Source: Haloferax volcanii DS2 (lineage in GTDB: Archaea; Halobacteriota; Halobacteria; Halobacteriales; Haloferacaceae). From it: 32,000 nucleotides of DNA. The notes beneath the pieces are model-generated. The model had not been told where the DNA came from, searched no databases, and worked only from the letters and a program-made list of their open reading frames with translations. Where the stretch lies: positions 690,001-722,000 of the forward strand of contig NC_013967.1 of assembly GCF_000025685.1 (NCBI RefSeq), given 5' to 3'. Below are positions 8,990 through 16,708 of this stretch, piece after piece (positions within the stretch are counted from its first letter, which is position 1; each line of letters starts with the position of its first letter). Made by a program: the position numbers and the translations under genes.

Positions 8990-10309
8990 ATGTCAGACGA
9001 AGTCGGGCTTCCGGAAGCCGTGTCGATGGCGATTGGGGGCATGGTCGGCGGCGGCATCTTCGCCGTGCTCGGCGTCGTCGCCGGCGCGGCCGGGACGCTC
9101 GCGTGGGCGGCGTTCGTCGTCGCCGGCGTGCTCGCGGTCTGTGCCGGCTACTCGCTGCTCCGACTGAACGGGCTGTGCGAGTCGCCGCGGTCGCCCGTCG
9201 GCTACGTCGAGCGCTTCACCGACGACAACACCACGCTCGCGGGCGTCGTGGGCTGGACGTTCGTCTTCGGCTACGTCGGGACGATGGCGATGTACGCCTA
9301 CGCCTTCGGCGGTTACTTCGTCGAACTCACCGGCGTCTCGACGGTCGCGTCGGTCTCGATACAGCCGTTCGTCTCCGCGCTCACCGTCGCCGCGTTCGTG
9401 AGCCTCAACGTCTTCGGGGCGCACGCCTCGGGGCGGGCCGAAGACGTTCTGGTCGGCCTCAAGGTCGCCATCCTGCTCGTGTTCGGCGTCGGCGGCGTCG
9501 CCTACGGCGCGACCCACGGCGGCCTCTCCTTTGGCCTGTCGAACCTCGGTATCGGCCCGCTCGTCGCCGCCGCCGTCTCCTTCGTCGCCTTCGAGGGCTG
9601 GGAGCTCCTGCTGTTCGACCAGGAGAACATCGCCGACCCCCGCGAGACCGTCAGAAAGGCGATTTACATCTCCATCGCGGGCGCGACGGGGCTGTACATC
9701 ATGGTCGCGCTCGTCACGACCAACCTCGCCGGCATCGACGCCATCCAACAGCACGCCGAGACCGCCCTCGCGGTCGCCGCCCGGCCGTTCCTCGGGCAGG
9801 CCGGGTTCGTCCTCATCTCCGTCGCGGCGCTGTTTTCGACGGGGAGCGCCATCAACGCCACGCTGTTCAGCTCCGCGCGGCTCTCGAAGCGCCTCGTCGC
9901 CGACGACCTGCTCCCGAGTCGCCTCCGCGACGCGTCCGCCGACGAGCCGGTTCGCCCGCTCGCGACGCTCGGCGTGCTCGCCGCCGGGTTCGCCTTTCTC
10001 GGGAGCCTCGACGCCATCAGTTCGTTCGCGTCGCTCGCGTTCATCAGCATCTTCGGCGGCCTCTCGTTTCTCGCGTTCCGGGAGCGCGAGGACCTCGCGA
10101 CGGCCGTGGTTCCCGCCGTCGGGACCGTCGGCGGAGTTAGCTCGGCGGCCGCGCTCCTGTGGCACCTGTTCGACGCCGAGCGCGGGACGTTCTGGACCGT
10201 CCTCGCGCTCGCGGTGGTCGTCGTCGGCGTCGAGGTGCTCTACTTCGAGCGCGAGAGCATCGCAAGCGAGGTTCGGTCGGCGGAACGACGCGTGGAAAAC
10301 GAGTTGTAA
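8990..10309 (+). CDS. APC-superfamily amino acid (possibly cationic amino acid) permease
   Basis: About 12 hydrophobic segments. The N-terminus AVSMAIGGMVGGGIFAVLG is typical of APC transporters. Confidence 0.8.
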   Translation: MSDEVGLPEAVSMAIGGMVGGGIFAVLGVVAGAAGTLAWAAFVVAGVLAVCAGYSLLRLNGLCESPRSPVGYVERFTDDNTTLAGVVGWTFVFGYVGTMAMYAYAFGGYFVELTGVSTVASVSIQPFVSALTVAAFVSLNVFGAHASGRAEDVLVGLKVAILLVFGVGGVAYGATHGGLSFGLSNLGIGPLVAAAVSFVAFEGWELLLFDQENIADPRETVRKAIYISIAGATGLYIMVALVTTNLAGIDAIQQHAETALAVAARPFLGQAGFVLISVAALFSTGSAINATLFSSARLSKRLVADDLLPSRLRDASADEPVRPLATLGVLAAGFAFLGSLDAISSFASLAFISIFGGLSFLAFREREDLATAVVPAVGTVGGVSSAAALLWHLFDAERGTFWTVLALAVVVVGVEVLYFERESIASEVRSAERRVENEL

Positions 10310-10342
10310 GGGTTCCGTTCCCGGTGGTCTCCCAGCCCCGCC

Positions 10343-10999
10343 TCAGACCCGCGGGAGCCGCCAGTCGTAGCGGAGCGCGAGCACCCGAACCGAGAAGACG
10401 ACCGCGGCGCACAGCCCCGAGGGGACGCCGGTCGGCGCGCCGACCGCGCGGGCCGCGAGGAAGGCGAGGCCGCCGACGACGGCGGGCGTCGCGTAGAAGT
10501 CGTCGCGGAGGACGACCGGCACGCGCCCGATGAGGATGTCGGCGATGGAGCCGCCTCCGACGGCCGTGATGGTGGCGAGGATGACGACGCCGAACGACGT
10601 GACGCCGGCGTCGACGCCGACGAGCGCGCCGGTCGCCGCGAACGCCGACAGCCCGACCGCGTCGGTGGTCAGAAACGCCGGGTGGTCGCGCACGCGCCCC
10701 TCCATCGAGTGGATGAGGACGATTGCGAGGGCGACGCCGACGAGCGCGACGCTCATGTCCCACGTCCCCGCGAGCGAGGCCGGCAGCCGGTCGACGAGCA
10801 CGTCGCGGGTCGTCCCGCCGCCGAGGGCGGTCACGATGCCGAGCACGGAGACGCCGAACACGTCGAGGCCGGCCTCGGCGGCCTTGAGCGCGCCGGCGAC
10901 CGCGAACGCGAGCAGGCCGACGACGTTCATCACCGCGAACGGGTCGATTTCGGGGACCGCGACGGCGGCGGGGGCCGAAACGAAAAGCAGCGTCGCCAT
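10343..10999 (-). CDS. UPF0126/TRIC-family membrane protein (trimeric intracellular cation channel-like)
   Basis: Duplicated GGGTTRD and GGGSIAD motifs in a seven-helix-like hydrophobic protein. The ATG at 10997-10999 overlaps the upstream stop codon (TGATG). Confidence 0.8.
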   Translation of the reverse strand: MATLLFVSAPAAVAVPEIDPFAVMNVVGLLAFAVAGALKAAEAGLDVFGVSVLGIVTALGGGTTRDVLVDRLPASLAGTWDMSVALVGVALAIVLIHSMEGRVRDHPAFLTTDAVGLSAFAATGALVGVDAGVTSFGVVILATITAVGGGSIADILIGRVPVVLRDDFYATPAVVGGLAFLAARAVGAPTGVPSGLCAAVVFSVRVLALRYDWRLPRV

Positions 11000-11787
11000 C
11001 AGTCGACCCGGAGTTCGACGCGGTCGCCGGGCGCGAGGCCGAACGCCTCGTCGCCGCGGCCGTGGTTCACGTCGCACTCGACGTTGCCGTGGCTGCCGAC
11101 CGTGACCAGTTTCTCGCCGCGCGCGACGGCCTCGAACGTGCGACCGACGGGGACCGACTCGCCGTTCACCCAGACGGTCTCGCCCGCCGCGTCGCGGACG
11201 AACGCGCCCGGCACGTTCGTGATGCAGTTGCCGAAGTCGTCGACGACGAGCACCTCGCCCGTCGCCTCGCGGCCGTCGTCGGAGACGGTCGCCTCGGAGA
11301 GGCGGCACTCGGAGAGCGAGCCGACGGGAATCGGTTCGAAGCGGTCGACCGACCCGAGCGCCGACGCGCCGGCGACGTGGGCGTCGGCGGCCGCGGGCGC
11401 GAACACGTCCCGCCCGTGGAAGGTCGTCGACTCGGGGTTCGGAACGTCGATTTCGTAGGCTTCGACGGGCGCGTCGTCGTCGAGTTCGGCGGCGACGCGT
11501 CTCGCCGGCGGGCGGAGGACGCCGTTGTCGGGACCGACGAAGACGTGGTCGCCAACCCGGAGGACGACCGCGCGGCGGTCGGTGCCGACGCCGGGGTCGA
11601 CCACGACGAGATGGACCGCGGGCGGGAAGTACGGAAGCGTCTCGCGGAGCCAGAAGGCGGCCGCGCGAACGTCCTGTCGCGGGAGGTCGTGGGCCACGTC
11701 CACGAGTCGCCCGTCGGTCCGCGAGAGGACGACGCCCTTCATCGCGGCGGGGTACGCGAGCCCGAAGTCGGACGCGAGCGTAATCAT
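10999..11787 (-). CDS. DUF62 family SAM hydrolase (S-adenosyl-L-methionine hydroxide adenosyltransferase-like)
   Basis: N-terminal ITLASDFG and VVVDPGVGT motifs characteristic of the DUF62/fluorinase-chlorinase superfamily. Confidence 0.8.
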   Translation of the reverse strand: MITLASDFGLAYPAAMKGVVLSRTDGRLVDVAHDLPRQDVRAAAFWLRETLPYFPPAVHLVVVDPGVGTDRRAVVLRVGDHVFVGPDNGVLRPPARRVAAELDDDAPVEAYEIDVPNPESTTFHGRDVFAPAAADAHVAGASALGSVDRFEPIPVGSLSECRLSEATVSDDGREATGEVLVVDDFGNCITNVPGAFVRDAAGETVWVNGESVPVGRTFEAVARGEKLVTVGSHGNVECDVNHGRGDEAFGLAPGDRVELRVD

Positions 11788-11788
11788 C

Positions 11789-12334
11789 TCAACAGGGGTT
11801 GGGGTCCTCGTCGTCGTCGACGCGCTCGGCCCCGTCGGTGGCCGTGACGCGCTGGAGGCGCTCGATGCCGTCGATTTCGCGGACCACGTCGGCCACCTCG
11901 TCGGGGACGAGCGACTCCCAGTCGCGGTCTTCTATCATGCGCTGGCGGACCTCCGTGCCCTCTAGCACCTCGCGGTTGAACATGGGCGATTGGTGGACTT
12001 CGACGCCCGCCTCCGTGAACAGTTGGATGACGAGCGGGTTGTTGGAGTACGCCACCTCGAACGCGGGGGACATCGACTGGACGTGGCTGACCCACACCGA
12101 GTTGCGGTCGAGGTCCTCGATGGGGACCGCGTAGGTCGTGATGTCGAAATCCGAGACGGCCTTGTTGACCATCATGATTCGTTCGCCCGCGGTGAACGGG
12201 TTCCGCGGCGAGTGGGAGTCGCCCGCGGACCCGATACCGAGGACGAGCTCGTTGACCTCGGCGGCAATCTCTTCGACCATTCGGTGGTGGCCGTTGTGGT
12301 ACGGCTGAAACCGGCCGATGTAGAACCCCCGCAT
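11789..12334 (-). CDS. nadM: nicotinamide-nucleotide adenylyltransferase (archaeal type)
   Basis: GRFQPYHNGH nucleotidyltransferase motif, about 180 aa, ATG at 12332-12334. Confidence 0.9.
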   Translation of the reverse strand: MRGFYIGRFQPYHNGHHRMVEEIAAEVNELVLGIGSAGDSHSPRNPFTAGERIMMVNKAVSDFDITTYAVPIEDLDRNSVWVSHVQSMSPAFEVAYSNNPLVIQLFTEAGVEVHQSPMFNREVLEGTEVRQRMIEDRDWESLVPDEVADVVREIDGIERLQRVTATDGAERVDDDEDPNPC

Positions 12335-12358
12335 GCGTCGGGCGTTAGTCCGGATTAC

Positions 12359-12367
12359 TTATAAATA
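12359..12367 (-). promoter_or_regulatory. TATA box (TATTTATAA on the minus strand) for a leaderless nadM operon transcript
   Basis: Centred about 29 bp upstream of the nadM ATG (12334). Confidence 0.55.
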
Positions 12368-12371
12368 CGCC

Positions 12372-12386
12372 GAGTTCGGAGAACTC
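12372..12386. promoter_or_regulatory. palindrome GAGTTC-GGA-GAACTC in the nadM/lonB divergent region
   Basis: Perfect 6-bp arms with a 3-bp spacer, immediately next to the nadM TATA box. Confidence 0.35.
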
Positions 12387-12503
12387 CGGTATTCTGGTGG
12401 TAGGAAGGTCGAAACGCGAGATTACGGCAAGAGCCACCGGATGGTGACGGGGAGAAAGTATATCAGTCGCAGGGCCTACGCTAGAAGTAGCGACGACAGT
12501 TCT

Positions 12504-14588
12504 ATGAGTAACGATACGAACACCGACGACAGCCTCCACGAGCGGGAGGATTCACCCGACGACGCGCCCTCGGAAGAGGGTATCGACGACGGGGGGTCGC
12601 TCCAGCACGACGAGGCCGAAGAGGTCGACAAGAAGACGATCGACGACCTCGGGAGCGATGTCGAAATCGACGCCGACGTGGCCGAGAACGTGGACGAGAA
12701 CGACCTCCTCGGTGGTCTCCAGATAGAGACGACCGACGAGATTCCCGTCCCGGACCGCCTCGTCGACCAGGTTATCGGGCAGGAACACGCCCGCGACGTC
12801 ATCATGAAGGCGGCCAAGCAGCGCCGCCACGTCATGATGATCGGCTCCCCGGGGACGGGGAAGTCGATGCTCGCCAAGGCGATGTCCGAGCTTCTCCCCC
12901 GCGAGGAGCTGCAGGACGTGCTCGTCTACCACAACCCCGACGACGGCAATCGCCCCAAGGTCCGCACGGTCCCCGCGGGCAAGGGTGACCAAATCGTCGA
13001 GGCGCACAAAGAGGAGGCACGCAAGCGCAACCAGATGCGCTCGTTCCTCATGTGGATCATTATCGCGGTCGTGCTGGGCTACTCGCTCATCATCGCCCGG
13101 CAGGTCCTGCTCGGCATCCTCGCCGCGGGTATCATCTACCTCGCGTTCCGCTACGGCTCGCGCGGCAGCGACGCGATGATTCCGAACCTCATCGTGAACA
13201 ACGCGGACCAGAAGTCCGCGCCCTTCCAGGACGCGACGGGTGCCCACGCGGGTGCGCTCCTCGGCGACGTCCGCCACGACCCGTTCCAGTCCGGCGGCAT
13301 GGAAACGCCCAGCCACGACCGCGTCGAACCCGGCGCGATTCACAAGTCGAACAAGGGCGTCTTGTTCGTCGACGAGATCAACACGCTCGACGTGCGCAGC
13401 CAGCAGCACCTGATGACGGCCATCCAGGAGGGCGAGTTCTCCATCACGGGCCAGTCCGAGCGCTCCTCGGGCGCGATGGTCCAGACCGAACCCGTCCCGA
13501 CGGACTTCATCATGATCGCCGCGGGTAACCTCGACGCGATGGAGAACATGCACCCCGCGCTCCGCTCCCGTATCAAGGGGTACGGGTACGAGGTGTACAT
13601 GGACGACACCATCGAGGACACCCCCGAGATGCGCCGCAAGTACGCGCGCTTCGTGGCCCAAGAGGTCACCAACGACGGGCGGCTCCCGCACTTCACCGAG
13701 GAGGCGGTCGAGGAGCTCATCCTCGAAGCCCGCCGCCGCGCCGGCCGCAAGGGCCACCTCACCCTCGAATTCCGTAACCTCGGCGGCCTCGTCCGCGTCG
13801 CTGGCGACATCGCCCGCGGCGAGAACGCCGAGCTGACCACCCGTGACCACGTGCTGCAGGCCAAGCGCCGTGCGCGCTCCATCGAACAGCAGATCGCGGA
13901 CCAGTACATCGAGCGCCGCAAGGACTACGAGCTCTCGGTCAACGACGGCTTCGTCACCGGCCGCGTCAACGGCCTCGCCGTCATGGGCGAAGACTCCGGT
14001 ATCATGCTCCCCGTGATGGCCGAAGTCACGCCCTCGCAGGGTCCCGGCCAGGTCATCGCGACCGGCCAGCTCAAGGAGATGGCCGAAGAGTCCGTCCAGA
14101 ACGTCTCGGCCATCATCAAGAAGTTCTCCAACCAGGACCTCTCGGAGATGGACGTGCACGTGCAGTTCGTCCAGACCGGCCAGCAGGGCGTCGACGGCGA
14201 CTCCGCGTCCATCACGGTCGCGACCGCCGTCATCTCCGCGCTGGAGGACATCCCCATCGACCAGTCGGTCGCCATGACCGGCTCGCTGTCGGTGCGCGGC
14301 GACGTGCTCCCGGTCGGCGGCGTCACCCACAAAATCGAAGCCGCCGCGAAGGCCGGCTGTTCGACGGTCATCATCCCCGCCGCCAACGAGCAGGACGTGA
14401 TGATCGAAGACGAGTACAAGGAGATGGTCGACATCATCCCCGTCTCGCACATCAGCGAGGTCCTCGACGTCGCCCTCGAAGGCGAACCTGAAAAGGACTC
14501 GCTCGTGGACCGCCTCAAGAGCATCACCGGCTCCGCCCTCAACAAGGGCCAGGGCGTCAAGGGCCCCTCCAGCCCCAGCCCGCAGTAA
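12504..14588 (+). CDS. lonB: membrane-bound archaeal Lon protease (LonB)
   Basis: Walker A GSPGTGKS; a transmembrane insert (FLMWIIIAVVLGYSLIIARQVLLGILAAGIIYLAF) inside the AAA+ module; protease-domain DGDSAS serine and THKIEAA lysine. I chose the ATG at 12504 because the codons upstream have low GC3 and encode basic residues. Confidence 0.9.
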   Translation: MSNDTNTDDSLHEREDSPDDAPSEEGIDDGGSLQHDEAEEVDKKTIDDLGSDVEIDADVAENVDENDLLGGLQIETTDEIPVPDRLVDQVIGQEHARDVIMKAAKQRRHVMMIGSPGTGKSMLAKAMSELLPREELQDVLVYHNPDDGNRPKVRTVPAGKGDQIVEAHKEEARKRNQMRSFLMWIIIAVVLGYSLIIARQVLLGILAAGIIYLAFRYGSRGSDAMIPNLIVNNADQKSAPFQDATGAHAGALLGDVRHDPFQSGGMETPSHDRVEPGAIHKSNKGVLFVDEINTLDVRSQQHLMTAIQEGEFSITGQSERSSGAMVQTEPVPTDFIMIAAGNLDAMENMHPALRSRIKGYGYEVYMDDTIEDTPEMRRKYARFVAQEVTNDGRLPHFTEEAVEELILEARRRAGRKGHLTLEFRNLGGLVRVAGDIARGENAELTTRDHVLQAKRRARSIEQQIADQYIERRKDYELSVNDGFVTGRVNGLAVMGEDSGIMLPVMAEVTPSQGPGQVIATGQLKEMAEESVQNVSAIIKKFSNQDLSEMDVHVQFVQTGQQGVDGDSASITVATAVISALEDIPIDQSVAMTGSLSVRGDVLPVGGVTHKIEAAAKAGCSTVIIPAANEQDVMIEDEYKEMVDIIPVSHISEVLDVALEGEPEKDSLVDRLKSITGSALNKGQGVKGPSSPSPQ

Positions 14589-14594
14589 CGCCGG

Positions 14595-15614
14595 ATGACC
14601 GACTGGGCGGCGTTCGCGGGCTTCACCGGCCTCGTCCTCGCCGTCTTACTCTCTCTCGCACACTTTTCTCGCGGCGTCCCGCACGCGGAGGGGACCGGCT
14701 CCGACGCACTCGACGCGCCCGCCGCTCCGGGCGACGGCGCTTCCGATTCCGACTCCCGAGCGACTGCCGCGGACGACTCCGTTCCGACCGCTGCCGAGTC
14801 GGACGAGACCGACTGGTCGGCCGAACTCGACACCGTCTCTCTGGCTTCCTTCTCGGTCGACTCGACCGGCGCGTCACCGCGTCCCGAGCCGTCGACGCCC
14901 GCGGAGGCCGACGTTGTGGGCGACGCCCACGCTGACGTTGACGCTGGCCCCGAGTCCGACTCCGACCGGGCGACGCCGCCCGGCGTCACCGCGGCCCCCG
15001 TTTCGGCCGTCTCGGAGCGCTCGGCGTCCGCCGAGGACCTCCCGCCGCATCTCCTGCTCGCCAACGTCGCGCTCTCGCAGGCCTTTTTCGGCGGCTTTCT
15101 CGGCCTCGGCGCGTGGTACGCGGGCGTGCCGGCCGCGGCGCTCGGCCTCTCCGCCGCCGACCTCCCGACGCAACTCGCCGTCGGCGTCGGACTCGGACTC
15201 GCGCTCTACGGGGCCAACCGTGTCGGTTCGACGGTCAGCGAGCGGTTCGGCGTCGCGCCCGACGAGGCGGTCCGCGAGTCGTTGACGCCGCGGACGACCG
15301 CGGGCTGGGTGTTCCTGTTCGCGGTCGCACTTCCGCTCATCGCCGGCTTCGAGGAACTGCTCTTTCGGGGCGCGCTCGTCGGCGCGGTTGCCGCCGGCTT
15401 CGACGTGTCGCCGTGGCTCATGGCGGCCGTGTCGTCGGCCGCCTTCGGCGCGGGGCACGGCGCGCAGGGTCGACTCGGCATCATCGTCACCGGCCTCCTC
15501 GGGTTCGTCCTCGCGGCGGCGTTCGTCCTCACCGAGAGCCTGCTGGTCGTGGTCGTCGCCCACTACCTCGTGAACGCGCTGGAGTTCGCGGGCCACGAAC
15601 TGTTCGGCTGGTAG
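14595..15614 (+). CDS. abi: CPBP-family intramembrane glutamic endopeptidase (Abi-type)
   Basis: EELLFRG, FGAGH and HYLVNA motifs. It starts 6 nt after the lonB stop. As I recall, the lonB-abi pairing is reported for H. volcanii. Confidence 0.85.
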   Translation: MTDWAAFAGFTGLVLAVLLSLAHFSRGVPHAEGTGSDALDAPAAPGDGASDSDSRATAADDSVPTAAESDETDWSAELDTVSLASFSVDSTGASPRPEPSTPAEADVVGDAHADVDAGPESDSDRATPPGVTAAPVSAVSERSASAEDLPPHLLLANVALSQAFFGGFLGLGAWYAGVPAAALGLSAADLPTQLAVGVGLGLALYGANRVGSTVSERFGVAPDEAVRESLTPRTTAGWVFLFAVALPLIAGFEELLFRGALVGAVAAGFDVSPWLMAAVSSAAFGAGHGAQGRLGIIVTGLLGFVLAAAFVLTESLLVVVVAHYLVNALEFAGHELFGW

Positions 15615-15716
15615 CGGGGTCTCCCTGCGTCGGCGTCGGTGACGACCGCCGAACCACCCGCCGTCGCGGCCGCGGCGCGGGGATGCGTTCAAGTGTCCGC
15701 ACCACGCGTAGCCGGT

Positions 15717-16055
15717 ATGGACATCGACACGCGGCAGTTGACGCAGGCGGGGCTCATCGGTTATCTGGCGCTCGTCGTCGCGGCGTTCGCCACCGGGAAC
15801 CCGACGCTCCGGCTCGCCGCCGACGCCGCCTTCGGGCTGACGGCGGTTCTCCTCGGCGTCGTCACGCTCCGGATTCCGGTCGACAGTCAACTCAAATACG
15901 TCGCCGGCGGCGGCTTCCTCCTCGCCGGCGTCTCGCAGTTCGCCGAACTCGCGACCGGCGTCCAGTCGGTCGGACTCGCGAGCACGCTGTTCCTCCTCGC
16001 CGGCCTGCTCGGCTACCTCGCGCTCCGCCGCGAGACCGACGCGATGCCGTTTTGA
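15717..16055 (+). CDS. small integral membrane protein (about 112 aa, 3-4 TM segments)
   Basis: Very high GC3 and hydrophobic segments. ATG at 15717 is preferred over the ORF-track upstream start. Confidence 0.6.
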   Translation: MDIDTRQLTQAGLIGYLALVVAAFATGNPTLRLAADAAFGLTAVLLGVVTLRIPVDSQLKYVAGGGFLLAGVSQFAELATGVQSVGLASTLFLLAGLLGYLALRRETDAMPF

Positions 16056-16071
16056 GGGGCGGTCCGCAGAA

Positions 16072-16527
16072 TTAGATTCCTTCCGACTGCCGGAGCGCCT
16101 CGACCACGTCGTCTGGCGCGGCGCTCGGGCCGTCTTTCACGCGGTGGTCGGGGACGACGACCGGGACCGGGTTCGCCGCGAGCGCCTTGCGGACGACGCG
16201 ATCCGAGTCGTCGTCCTCGGGGTCGAGGCCGGCCATGCGGACGAGGAGCGCCACGTCGACCGAGTCACCCCGCGGGACGTTCCGAAGCGACTCCAGCACG
16301 CTTCGCTGGTCGGTCGGGACGGTCAGTCCGATGGGGACCGACGAGAGGTCCGTCTGGCCCCGGTCGATGGCGGCCAACACGGCGTCGAGGTGGGCGTGGT
16401 CCGACTCGGAGTCCGCCGGCAGCGAGTCCGGAAACGAGACGTCGATGACCTTCCCGCTGACCACGCCGACCTGCACGGGGCGGCCGAGCGTGGACGATTC
16501 GCGCGCGTAGATTCCCGAGACGGGCAT
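16072..16527 (-). CDS. MGMT-family protein lacking the catalytic cysteine (PDHRV instead of PCHRV)
   Basis: ANPVPVVVPDHRV aligns with the NPVPLVVPCHRV of the ogt gene in this same window. Asp codon GAC at 16147-16149. ATG at 16525-16527. Confidence 0.75.
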   Translation of the reverse strand: MPVSGIYARESSTLGRPVQVGVVSGKVIDVSFPDSLPADSESDHAHLDAVLAAIDRGQTDLSSVPIGLTVPTDQRSVLESLRNVPRGDSVDVALLVRMAGLDPEDDDSDRVVRKALAANPVPVVVPDHRVKDGPSAAPDDVVEALRQSEGI

Positions 16528-16538
16528 ACGTTCGGCTC

Positions 16539-16571
16539 CCGTCGCCGGACGCTTGACCCTTCCGGCGACGG
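16539..16571. promoter_or_regulatory. perfect 11-bp inverted repeat (CCGTCGCCGGA / TCCGGCGACGG) with an 11-nt spacer
   Basis: Arms at 16539-16549 and 16561-16571, verified base by base; 12-44 bp upstream of the MGMT-like ATG. Confidence 0.5.
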
Positions 16572-16674
16572 CGTGCGGTTGGGGTGACTGCGCTCGGTTC
16601 GGGTGGCCGATACCTCGCCGTGCGCTCTCGCCCGCGCGCACGCGAGAGACGGTGAGTGTCCCCGCCGACGTAAG

Positions 16675-16705
16675 CCTTATGTACAGATACGTGCGTTAGT
16701 GTACA
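16675..16705 (+). promoter_or_regulatory. trpC promoter: TATA-like CTTATGTA overlapping one of two TGTACA palindromes spaced 20 bp apart
   Basis: TGTACA at 16680-16685 and 16700-16705; trpC ATG at 16709. Confidence 0.55.
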
Positions 16706-16708
16706 TCA

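Noticed and set aside
12333-12503. N-terminal extensions offered by the ORF track (lonB from 12333; also 5893, 10343-11308, 16641, 21464, 26464, 29055, 24524)
   Set aside because: The extended parts have low GC3, encode basic residues, often begin at TTG/GTG, and overlap promoters or neighbouring genes. Internal ATG or GTG starts with TATA-like elements 27-45 bp upstream fit better.
12552-14450. 632-aa minus-strand ORF antisense to lonB
   Set aside because: Shadow frame with a low-complexity Asp/Gly/Arg/Val-rich product. The plus strand carries unmistakable Lon motifs.
16625-16648. 7-bp inverted repeat CTCTCGC...GCGAGAG in the MGMT-like/trpC spacer
   Set aside because: It is short, GC-rich and has a 10-nt GC loop, so chance occurrence is plausible. 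It is much weaker than the 11-bp repeat and the TGTACA pair in the same spacer.
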